Source of the DNA: an uncultured Phycisphaerales bacterium
GTDB taxonomy: Bacteria; Planctomycetota; B15-G4; CAYZWU01
Reading direction: 5' to 3'
Assembly: GCA_964620445.1 (NCBI GenBank)
Contig: CAZUHB010000013.1
Location: 5,077 to 69,076, forward strand
Length of the DNA: 64,000 nt
A program made the translations under genes and the position numbers. The number at the start of each line of letters is the position of its first letter. Within the stretch, counting starts at the first letter, position 1. Below, one piece after another: positions 47,406 to 55,969 of this stretch. Under the pieces are notes generated by a model. That model did not search any database, was not told the origin of the DNA, and was given only the letters and a program-made list of their open reading frames with translations.

Positions 47406-48134
47406 ATGTACGATCTCAGGACCATGACCATCGTCGAGCTGAGCCGCCTCGGTGCCGATTTGAGCCGCCTCGGCGCCGCGTCGTCGAGCATGGAGGAGAC
47501 GGCGGGCCGGATCGTGAATTTTCTTCGCAACAGTCTCATCGATCCTGAGACGGGAGAAAGCGCCTTTGCGCTCGTCCGGTTTTTCAAGACCCACGACTAT
47601 GAGGACCTCGATACCGAAGAGCGTGCATCCGCCGAAGGGATCATGAAGGGCGAGACGATCCCGAGCGGAATGAAGTGTCTCACGCTGCTTGCGTCCACCG
47701 GTGACAAGCCGGAGTGGAACTCGCGAACGACGTCGAAAGGACACAGGGCCATTCCATTACCGAGCGAAGATTTCGTGAGCCGGTTCCCCATGATTTCCAA
47801 CCTCGTCCGGCAGTTCGGTTTCGAACTCAATGCCATCCTCGAACCCGACCCGCAATGTCTGCGTGACATGGAAGAGAGGGCCTACAACGTTTTCCATGTT
47901 CCCGTTGCCGAAGGGAGCGCCTACATCCCGGCCCAGAAGGAATTCGTGGAGCCCTGTGGAATCGAGTCGGTCCTCGGATTCGGCGGGATCATGCCCTCAG
48001 GCGATCTCTTCGCGATCATCATGTTTTCAAAGGTGGCGGTCACGATGGAGACGGCCGAGCTGCTGCGTCCACTGACCCTCAATGCCAAGATCGCGTTGCT
48101 CCAACACGATGGCGAGCGGATCTTCAACTGGTAG
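47406..48134 (+). CDS. Hypothetical protein (242 aa from M23; the ORF opens at 47340)
   Basis: Long ORF convergent with the hybrid kinase; no recognisable motifs. Confidence 0.45.
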   Translation: MYDLRTMTIVELSRLGADLSRLGAASSSMEETAGRIVNFLRNSLIDPETGESAFALVRFFKTHDYEDLDTEERASAEGIMKGETIPSGMKCLTLLASTGDKPEWNSRTTSKGHRAIPLPSEDFVSRFPMISNLVRQFGFELNAILEPDPQCLRDMEERAYNVFHVPVAEGSAYIPAQKEFVEPCGIESVLGFGGIMPSGDLFAIIMFSKVAVTMETAELLRPLTLNAKIALLQHDGERIFNW

Positions 48135-48157
48135 GGAGAAATCGAGAGACCGGCCGG

Positions 48158-51064
48158 CTATGACTTCCGATCGGCGCGGCCCGATCCTGGTCCGCAGCAG
48201 CACCGGTCGGAAGATTCCGCGGAGTGTTCCTCGGGTTTCACGATGCGCTCGATCGCCTCCAGCAGTTCTTTCGGGTCGATCGGCTTGGAGAGGTAATCGT
48301 CCATTCCACCCTCGAGGCAGCGCTCGCGGTAACCGGTCAGGGCATGGGCGGTCAGGGCCAGGATCGGAATGTGCCCGCCTGTTTGGCGCTCCTTTTCACG
48401 GATGGCGGCCGTGGCTTCGAAACCGTCCATGACCGGCATCTGAATGTCCATGAGCACGAGATCGAAGGAATCGCGAGCCAGCATATCGAGGGCTTCCTTG
48501 CCGTTCCCGGCCACGGTGACCCTGTGCCCCTGCTTCTGAAGGAGTCTGACAGCCATCTTCTGGTTGACCTCGTTGTCCTCCGCCAGAAGAATGCCCAGCG
48601 GCCGTGTGAACGCGAACGGTTCGTCCCTTCCCGGTCGCTCCTCGTCAGGGCCTTCGGTCTTGTCGAAGCCCATGACGCGCAGGATCGTTTCCAGAAGCTC
48701 CGAATGAGAAAAAGGTTTGGTCAAGCAGGCGTCTATCCCGAGATCGCGCCAGCTCGAAGCCTTGCCATGGAGACCGGCCGAGGTGAGCAGGATGATCCGG
48801 GTGCCGCCGAAATCGGGGATCTTTCTGATCTTTTCCACGAGCTGGAAACCGTCCATGACCGGCATATCGCCGTCGACGAGGAGGAGGTCGATATTCTCGC
48901 GCACCACGCATGCGCGCCACATGGTGGCGATGACCGCCTTACCGCTGCTCACCACGATCGGCTCCACCTTCCATGAACGGAGTGTCTCGTCGAGAATCTG
49001 CCGGTTCGTCGCATTGTCATCGACGACGAGCACGGCGAGTTCCTTGAGCTGTTCCGGCTGGAGAGGGATGCGATCCTCGGCCGAAGTCGTGCCGATCCCG
49101 AAGCGGGCGGTGACGGAAAATGTCGACCCCCTGCCCACGTCGCTCTCCACCCTGATACGACCGCCCATCATCCGGGCCAGGTGGTGGGAGATGGCCAGAC
49201 CGAGACCGGTGCCGCCGAACTCGCGCGTCGTCGACGTGTCGGCCTGGGAAAAGTTGTCGAAGATGAGATGTTTCTTCTCCGACGGAATACCGATCCCCGT
49301 GTCGGAGACGGAGATCTCGAGCGACACCGAATCGACGAGGAATTCGCTGACAGTGATCCGGACGACGATCTCGCCGTTTTCGGTGAACTTGATCGCATTC
49401 CCGACGAGGTTGGTCAGAATCTGCCCCAATCTCACCGGATCTCCCACGAGGCACCGGGGGACGCTCTGGTGCACGAAAAGCAACATCTCGAGTTTTTTTT
49501 CGGCTGCTCGCAGAGCGAGGGGTTTCAGCGTCTTGCTGAGACACTCACTCAGCTCGAATTCGATCGATTCGATCTCCAGCTTCTGCGCTTCGATCTTGGA
49601 AAAATCCAGAATGTCGTTGATGACTCTCATCAGGCTGCCGGCGCTTTCACGAACCGTTTCGAGATACTCCCTCTGTTCCGGTGTCAATTCGGTTCTGAGG
49701 GCCAAATCGGTCATTCCGATGATGCCGTTCATCGGCGTACGGATTTCATGGCTCATGTTCGCCAGGAACTCGCTCTTCGCGCGGTTTCCGGCATCAGCAG
49801 CGTTCTTTGCGAGCCTCAGGTCTTCCTCGGCTTTTTTGCGATCGGTGATATCCTTCGCGATGATCACGATTCCTACAGGAACATCTTGCTGGTCGTGCAT
49901 CGCTGACGCGGAGAGGATGATCGGGATCTCGGCTCCGTCACAGGCGATGAGTTCGGTTTCGTGATCCTTGAGCTTTGGGCTCTTCAGGACCGAAACGATC
50001 GCACCTCGGGCCATGATGGTCGCCAGATCCTCCCCCACGAGATCATCGGGGCCGTACCGGAGCAGTTCGAGAGTGACATCGTTGACCGAACGGATCGTTC
50101 CGTCCGGATTGACGACGATCACGCAGTCGAGGAAATTGGCGATCACGTTCTCGATGTAGGATTTCGATTCGTCGAGGTCTTCCAGGATATTCAGGGTCGC
50201 TTTCTGCATGAGAGTCAGATCGCGGGTCCGTTCCTCGACCTTGTACCTGAGCTCCGCCTTGGACGTCTCCAGATCGACCCAGGTCCGGCTCAGCTGCTCG
50301 ATCGTCCTGTTGACGACCGCGCCCAGCTTGGCGATCAGCTCATTCGTCGATCCCTCGCGGACCCGCGCGTCGAGGTGCCCGTCGGAAACCCGGTTCAGCA
50401 CCTCGAAATTCTCCGACAGGCCGAGGGCGAGCTCCATGCTCGTCGATTCCATCTCCTCCACCAGTCCCTGAAGAAACGCTGCCTGCTTGTTGACGAGAAC
50501 GCCCAGCTTGGCAATGAGTTCGTTCTCCGTGCTCTCGGGAGCCCGGGCGGTGCGGTCACCCGACGCGATCCGGTTGAGGGCGTCGTAGACCTCACAGATG
50601 CCGTATGCCAGCTCCTGATGCTGGGTGGTCATGGAGTGGTAGTTCCCGGCGAATTCGTTGAGCAGATCCTGCAGCTTGATGAGGAGTTCGCTGTTCGATC
50701 CGAATTCGATCCTGCAATCCGTTTTTCCCCTGGCCAGTTCCTTGAGCATGGTGAAGGTCTGCGAAAGGCAGAGCGCCAAGTCGAGGCTCGTGTCGGCCAT
50801 CTCCTTTTCGCGTTTCTTGATCAGCCGGCTGAAATCTTTGAACTGGCTGTTGACGAGTCCCATGGTCGCGTCGAGGTCGGTATCGTCGACGCTGGAAGCG
50901 AAGTAGGCGCAATCGAGGCATGTTTCGATCTTGGAGAGGGCCTCTCCCTGGGTCTCGTCTCTACAAAGGGTACCGGAGACCAACCAGCACCGATGGTCGT
51001 CCACGCCGTACGCGGGGCACTCCGTCTTCGCGCAATCGAGATGCTCCCAGCAATAACCCTTCAT
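48158..51064 (-). CDS. Cytoplasmic hybrid sensor histidine kinase: Cys-rich N-terminal module, three tandem HAMP-like repeats, PAS, HisKA, HATPase_c and two REC domains
   Basis: MKGYCWEHLDCAKTECP... Cys cluster; repeated ELALxLS...NELIAKLG units; SHEIRTPMN H-box; two DxxxMPxMDG receiver domains; GGAGG RBS. Confidence 0.85.
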   Translation of the reverse strand: MKGYCWEHLDCAKTECPAYGVDDHRCWLVSGTLCRDETQGEALSKIETCLDCAYFASSVDDTDLDATMGLVNSQFKDFSRLIKKREKEMADTSLDLALCLSQTFTMLKELARGKTDCRIEFGSNSELLIKLQDLLNEFAGNYHSMTTQHQELAYGICEVYDALNRIASGDRTARAPESTENELIAKLGVLVNKQAAFLQGLVEEMESTSMELALGLSENFEVLNRVSDGHLDARVREGSTNELIAKLGAVVNRTIEQLSRTWVDLETSKAELRYKVEERTRDLTLMQKATLNILEDLDESKSYIENVIANFLDCVIVVNPDGTIRSVNDVTLELLRYGPDDLVGEDLATIMARGAIVSVLKSPKLKDHETELIACDGAEIPIILSASAMHDQQDVPVGIVIIAKDITDRKKAEEDLRLAKNAADAGNRAKSEFLANMSHEIRTPMNGIIGMTDLALRTELTPEQREYLETVRESAGSLMRVINDILDFSKIEAQKLEIESIEFELSECLSKTLKPLALRAAEKKLEMLLFVHQSVPRCLVGDPVRLGQILTNLVGNAIKFTENGEIVVRITVSEFLVDSVSLEISVSDTGIGIPSEKKHLIFDNFSQADTSTTREFGGTGLGLAISHHLARMMGGRIRVESDVGRGSTFSVTARFGIGTTSAEDRIPLQPEQLKELAVLVVDDNATNRQILDETLRSWKVEPIVVSSGKAVIATMWRACVVRENIDLLLVDGDMPVMDGFQLVEKIRKIPDFGGTRIILLTSAGLHGKASSWRDLGIDACLTKPFSHSELLETILRVMGFDKTEGPDEERPGRDEPFAFTRPLGILLAEDNEVNQKMAVRLLQKQGHRVTVAGNGKEALDMLARDSFDLVLMDIQMPVMDGFEATAAIREKERQTGGHIPILALTAHALTGYRERCLEGGMDDYLSKPIDPKELLEAIERIVKPEEHSAESSDRCCCGPGSGRADRKS

Positions 51065-51107
51065 GAAGCGGCCTCCGGGCGGTGTCCTTTCCACGATGAG
51101 GTTCAGA

Positions 51108-51329
51108 TCAGAAGAGGATCTGAATCTTCTTCTGTTCACCGTCGTTCTCGACAGCGAGCAGCGTCTTCCCGAGTCGTTCGCACCAGGTGCGCACATCGGC
51201 CTCGAAGGTGGGGCAATCGCCGAGAACCTCCAGTATCTGTCCCGGTTTCATGTCCGGCGCCTTGACAGCGATCTTCAAGATCGGCTGTGGGCAATTCAAA
51301 CCGAGAGTATCCAGCACCTGAACTTCCAT
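51108..51329 (-). CDS. TusA-like sulfurtransferase (SirA/YedF/YeeD family)
   Basis: LDTLGLNCPQPILK contains the CPxP active-site motif; probable start MEVQVLD. Confidence 0.65.
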   Translation of the reverse strand: MEVQVLDTLGLNCPQPILKIAVKAPDMKPGQILEVLGDCPTFEADVRTWCERLGKTLLAVENDGEQKKIQILF

Positions 51330-51382
51330 TACGCTTCTCCTGAGGCAGCCTGCACTCGGACAGTACCTGTTACAGAACTGTT

Positions 51383-52345
51383 TCAATCCGGTCTGGCGTC
51401 TAGCCTGCGCACCTTCTCCTCGAGCTCCGCGATCCGGTTCTTCAACTCGATCATCTTCAATTCCCGATTCACCGCCAGCTTGGTGAATCTCTCCATCTCG
51501 GCGATCTTCTCCTTCAAGCTTTCCTCGGCTCTCCGGCTGGCGGTGATATCCGTGTCGACTCCCCGATAACCGGTGAGCGCCCCTCCTCTGCCGAGTATGG
51601 GAGTCCCGTTTGTCAGGAGGCAGACGGTCCGCCCATCCTTGGCCCGGTTCCAGTTGACGAGGTCGTGAATCTTGTCTTTAGTCGAACAGATCTCCTTGAA
51701 TTGCTCTTCGATTTTCTCGCGGTCCTCGTCGGTCATCAGATCGAAGGGCGTCTTGCCGATGATCTCCTCCGGCGAGTATCCGAGAATCTCCTTCACGGAG
51801 CCTGAGCAATAGGTGTAGACGCCGTTCTCGTCGACCTCCCAGATCCAATCGGTCATGCTCTCCACGATATCGTGGAATCGCCTCTCCGAATTCTTCAGGT
51901 CGAGTTCGAGCGTTTTGTGATGAGTGATGTCCACGTCCATGCAAAAAACGCCCTTTACGTTCTGACCTTCGAGAATGGGAAACATGGCCGAATAGAGCCA
52001 GAGCTGGTCTCCATTCGCTCCGCGAACGAACCACTCTCGAGATTTGGGCGCCCGGCCTGTTTCGTAGATCTCTTCGATCCGGGCTTCGAATTCCGCGATC
52101 TCCGCACCGACGAAGAAGATGTTTTGAATCCGCCGCTTTCCGACAACCTCTTCGGCGTTGTATCCGAACAGCTTTTCACAGGTGCCGTTCCAGAAATGGA
52201 TGATCCCACGTCTGTCGAATGCCTGGACCGCCACCAGCGGTGTCGTTTCGAGGGCGGACTTGAAAATCGAGAGATCTCCGATTTCAAGCGGTATCTTCCG
52301 TGCTTCCTCGACGGTCGAGGTCGTATCGGGGTTGGTTGGGGCCAT
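51383..52345 (-). CDS. Dual-PAS domain sensor protein with C-terminal coiled coil and no output domain
   Basis: Two PAS folds (FDRRGIIHFWNGTCEKLFGY and VDENGVYTYCSGSVKEILGY) and a C-terminal heptad-rich tail. Confidence 0.7.
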   Translation of the reverse strand: MAPTNPDTTSTVEEARKIPLEIGDLSIFKSALETTPLVAVQAFDRRGIIHFWNGTCEKLFGYNAEEVVGKRRIQNIFFVGAEIAEFEARIEEIYETGRAPKSREWFVRGANGDQLWLYSAMFPILEGQNVKGVFCMDVDITHHKTLELDLKNSERRFHDIVESMTDWIWEVDENGVYTYCSGSVKEILGYSPEEIIGKTPFDLMTDEDREKIEEQFKEICSTKDKIHDLVNWNRAKDGRTVCLLTNGTPILGRGGALTGYRGVDTDITASRRAEESLKEKIAEMERFTKLAVNRELKMIELKNRIAELEEKVRRLDARPD

Positions 52346-52786
52346 GGCCGAACTTCCTTAATTCAGAATGATCGCCCCTTGAAGTACGATCACCGGAGCC
52401 CTTAAAAACGCGCCGACGTCTTTATGTGTTGGTTATCGTCTAATGAGGGGTTTATCTTTGGCCGCTCGCACGATTTTGAGAATCTTTCGTTACCTTATCG
52501 ACGGGAGCCCGGGGAGCGACGATCCACGGGGAAAGCTGGAAAGAAAAATGAGGAGTGACAGCCGACCCGATCTTCGGTCCTCGAGCCATTGACTTTTTCC
52601 CACAAATTTAATAGGAACAACACCTTCGGGCGGAAAAAATAGAAAAAAAACGGTAGAGAAGTTCCCAAATTGATCTATCAGTAAAACTAATTCTCTCGAT
52701 TACAACCGGGATCCATCATCCAGTCTCGACAAGCCCATTGCGAGGCTGGTTCTATTCCATGTATTTGAAAACGAAGGAGGAAGACC

Positions 52787-54421
52787 GTGTTTCGCCAACC
52801 CTTGAGAACCCTCTGCCTGATGCTGCTGCTCGCCGGAATCGTTCACGCGGGAAGCTATGTCGACTGGGTCCGCCCCTACACAGGGCTGTCTTCTTATGAT
52901 TACGCAAATGCCGTGGCCACGGACAGCGCGGGCAACTCCTACGTGACCGGCGAGAGCGCCGGCGCCTACCCCGCTCCCAGGGACATCGTGACGATCAAGT
53001 ACGACTCCGACGGCAAGGTTCTCTGGGTCGCCCGCTACGACGGTCCCGCCGCCGACTACGACGCGGGCTGGGACGTGACCGTGGACGGTGTGGGAAACGT
53101 GTACGTGGCCGGCAAGTCGACGGGAGTGACATCGGGCGATGATTTCACCGTTCTCAAATACGACTCCGCCGGCGTGCTCCTCTGGGACTTCCGCTACACG
53201 ACACCGGGCTCGATCAGCCACGACCGGGCGAGCCAGCTCGATGTGGACAGTGCCGGAAACGTCTATGCGGCCGGAACCCTTTTCGAGAGCTCCACGGGAT
53301 ACGACGTGGTGCTCTTCAAACTCGATCCGAACGGCAATGAGGAGTGGATGGTGCGCATGGACAGCGGCGCGAACGGCGACAGGGGCGTCAAGGCGCTCGT
53401 CGCCCCCGACGGCAACATCCGTTTCCTCGCCGAATACGGAAGCGACAGCTACATGGCCAGCCTCACACCGCAGGGCGGAATCGCGTGGGAGATCACCTAC
53501 AGCCTCGGCTGCGACGATTTCGATCTCGATTCATCTTCGAACGCATACATCACGGGCACGAAGGTTTACTCCTCCTTCGATTGGACCACTCTCAAGATCT
53601 CGGCAGCCGGATCGATCGAGTGGAGCGACGTCTATGACGGACCCGCCGCCGATTTCGACGTGGCCAGAGCGATCAGCGCCACGCCCGCGGGCGAGGTCTA
53701 TGTCACCGGCCTGACCACGGGAATCACGTCCGATCGCGATATGACCACGGCCAAGTACGATAGCGCCGGCAACCGCGAGTGGGTGGCCGTCTACAACGGC
53801 GCGGCCAACGACATCGACGACGGCGTCGATGTGGCCGCTCACCCGACCGGCGGTTGCGTTGCCACGGGCACTGCCGACATGGGCGCCTGGCGTCTGGACG
53901 ACGTGGTGACGATCAAGTACGACTCGAGCGGGATCGAGGAATGGGTCGAGGCATGGGACGACGGTTACGGTCTGAACAACGAGGTCGCGGCGGTGGCCCT
54001 CGACAGCAGCGGCGACGTGATCATCACCGGAAAGGATCCCTACGACTACTTCACGGTCAAGTACGTGAACGATTACGACGTGGATGTGGAGGTCCTGGCC
54101 ACACCGCTGACCCAGCCGCTCGAGATTCCGGCCACCGGCGGATCGTTCGATTACCACGCCTCGATCCGCAACAATACCGCCCAGCAGCAATCGGTCGACG
54201 CGGCCCTCTTCGTGATTCTGCCGAATTCGAGCAATCTCTACGGACCGCTGAGTTATTACAGCAACATTCCGATCGCCGCCGGCCAGACCCTGACCTTCAT
54301 GAACATCACCCAGAACGTGCCCGCATCGGCACCGGCCGGGGAATATGTGTTCAAGGTGATCATCGGCCAAAACTGGACCTTCATGGACAGTTCTCAGTTC
54401 TATTTCACCAAGGCTCCGTGA
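52787..54421 (+). CDS. Secreted beta-propeller repeat (SBBP) protein
   Basis: GTG start with GGAGGA RBS; signal peptide; repeated Y(D/K)S(A/D)G...W...YDGPA...VD..GNVYV(A/T)G units. Confidence 0.7.
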   Translation: MFRQPLRTLCLMLLLAGIVHAGSYVDWVRPYTGLSSYDYANAVATDSAGNSYVTGESAGAYPAPRDIVTIKYDSDGKVLWVARYDGPAADYDAGWDVTVDGVGNVYVAGKSTGVTSGDDFTVLKYDSAGVLLWDFRYTTPGSISHDRASQLDVDSAGNVYAAGTLFESSTGYDVVLFKLDPNGNEEWMVRMDSGANGDRGVKALVAPDGNIRFLAEYGSDSYMASLTPQGGIAWEITYSLGCDDFDLDSSSNAYITGTKVYSSFDWTTLKISAAGSIEWSDVYDGPAADFDVARAISATPAGEVYVTGLTTGITSDRDMTTAKYDSAGNREWVAVYNGAANDIDDGVDVAAHPTGGCVATGTADMGAWRLDDVVTIKYDSSGIEEWVEAWDDGYGLNNEVAAVALDSSGDVIITGKDPYDYFTVKYVNDYDVDVEVLATPLTQPLEIPATGGSFDYHASIRNNTAQQQSVDAALFVILPNSSNLYGPLSYYSNIPIAAGQTLTFMNITQNVPASAPAGEYVFKVIIGQNWTFMDSSQFYFTKAP

Positions 54422-54543
54422 GAGGCCCTCGCGTTCCGATCGAATTCTCCGGGCGCGCGGAATTCAACGATCCACGGTGCTAGACCGTGGTAGAATATGC
54501 AATCGAACCTCCACGTACCCGGTGAAGAGAAGGACGAAGAACC

Positions 54544-55188
54544 GTGCGCGTAACCCTGTTTCTTCCTGTATTGCTTCTACTCGGATTGGGCGCGATCGCG
54601 GGGCCCTCATGGTCTCTGCTAGGTCCCGCGAAACACGCTTCACCGGAACCGTACCTGATCGACTACGTCCAGGAGCCCGACTTCGACGCCGTTTACAACA
54701 TGTCCACCGGCTTCGGCTCGGAGATCGCCGATGACATTCCGGCCTCCCTCGGCGGCAGGAAGATCGTTGAGGTGACGCTCTGGATGGGCGAGTGGTACGG
54801 ATGGGAAGATCCCGACGGTGTGACGGTCAGCTTCTACATGGGCGTCTGCCCGCCGCTGCTCTACGCCTTCCAGACCTTCACCATCCCCTGGGCCGACTGG
54901 GACAAGGAGCTGGTCCACTCGGGACTCGCCAGGGTATACCGCATCACGGCCGCCCTTCCCCAGCCCGTGGAAATCCTGCCGAACATGTCGATCGGCGGTT
55001 ACGTGAACATCTCCTGGGGCCCGTCGGAACCGTTCGCCGGTCTCTGCGCCACTCCGGAGTGGTCCGGCCACGGAGTTGGAGAGGCCTACCTCGACGGGGA
55101 GAACTGGGGCTATTCGCGGTGGACGTCGATCGCCTTCTACACGGGAATTCCCCGCGACCTCGCTTTCGGCCTGCTCACCATTCCCTGA
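54544..55188 (+). CDS. Secreted hypothetical protein (214 aa)
   Basis: Signal peptide MRVTLFLPVLLLLGLGAIAGP; Trp/Gly-rich mature region. Confidence 0.5.
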   Translation: MRVTLFLPVLLLLGLGAIAGPSWSLLGPAKHASPEPYLIDYVQEPDFDAVYNMSTGFGSEIADDIPASLGGRKIVEVTLWMGEWYGWEDPDGVTVSFYMGVCPPLLYAFQTFTIPWADWDKELVHSGLARVYRITAALPQPVEILPNMSIGGYVNISWGPSEPFAGLCATPEWSGHGVGEAYLDGENWGYSRWTSIAFYTGIPRDLAFGLLTIP

Positions 55189-55249
55189 TTCCTGGCTGAA
55201 TGGACCGACGCGCCAGGAAGGAGGGGGGCGGCAGAATGGGAGGGGCAGT

Positions 55250-55414
55250 ATGGGAAATACCGTGAGTGATTTTGATCAGACGAAGAGTATCGCGATCGTC
55301 GTCTTCCTGCTTGTCACGGTGGGAGGGACGGTGATTGTGGGGTTGTTGTATAGAGCGTGGAAGCACAGGGTGGCTCGAGACTGGTGGAAGAGTCATTTTG
55401 GCAAGGAGGATTGA
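55250..55414 (+). CDS. Possible small single-TM protein (54 aa)
   Basis: ATG with an upstream GGAGGG; hydrophobic stretch IAIVVFLLVTVGGTVIVGLL; lies in the low-GC patch. Confidence 0.25.
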   Translation: MGNTVSDFDQTKSIAIVVFLLVTVGGTVIVGLLYRAWKHRVARDWWKSHFGKED

Positions 55415-55599
55415 TGAGGGATGACTTTCTAAACCGCGGGTTGGGGATCGGCGCGATCGCGATGTATGTGGCTATCGTGCACGCGGCGCATTCGCCTCTT
55501 GCCACCAACGATGGTTTTCGTTGATGTGTGTGCCAAGGTGCTGACGATCAACACTCTTGCAATCCCCTGCGAGCCGATGCCACAATCCCGTCCGACAAA

Positions 55600-55639
55600 G
55601 CGGGCATAACTCAGTTGGTAGAGTGTCAGCTTCCCAAGC
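55600..55639 (+). pseudogene. tRNA-Gly(CCC)-like 5' fragment (acceptor stem, D arm, anticodon stem 5' side and loop only)
   Basis: GCGGGCATAACTCAGTTGGTAGAGTGTCAGCTTCCCAAGC matches bacterial tRNA-Gly up to the anticodon loop; the 3' stem, T arm and acceptor 3' side are absent downstream. Confidence 0.55.
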
Positions 55640-55969
55640 AGGAAACCCACCTCATAACCGATTCAGAATCAGACAGTTGTGACAGTGCGATTGAAGCTGT
55701 AGGCAAAAGTGCAGGCAGTCCTCTGCAAAAACAGCCTATTTCAGACGACCTCGCCCGCCTCGCAGAGCTCTGGCCCAGTCTTCCCGAACAGATCCGTGCC
55801 ATCATCATCAACATTGCCGAGGCTCAAGCGAAAGGAAATGTGATGCTCCATCGATTCATGGCCCCGTTCGGGATCAGGGTGAAAAATATTCCGTTTGGAA
55901 GAAATGGTAAATAATCAATGATCAATGATACTGTGATAATCAGCCTTGCCACGCCTGCCAGCGATTAGA

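Noticed and set aside
49961-51265. 434-aa plus-strand ORF and 48717..49964 415-aa plus-strand ORF
   Set aside because: Both are antisense to the hybrid histidine kinase.
55600-55720. Possibility of an intact or intron-containing tRNA-Gly
   Set aside because: After ...TTCCCAAGC the 3' anticodon-stem complement (GCTGA), the T arm (GGTTCGAATCC-like) and the 3' acceptor strand (TGCCCGC) are all absent from the next about 330 nt. The break lies in the stem rather than at a canonical group-I intron site in the loop.
55528-55914. 128-aa plus-strand ORF
   Set aside because: The reading frame passes straight through the tRNA-Gly-like fragment and has no credible start for the protein-like C-terminal part. 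Treated as a remnant or pseudogene, not an intact CDS.
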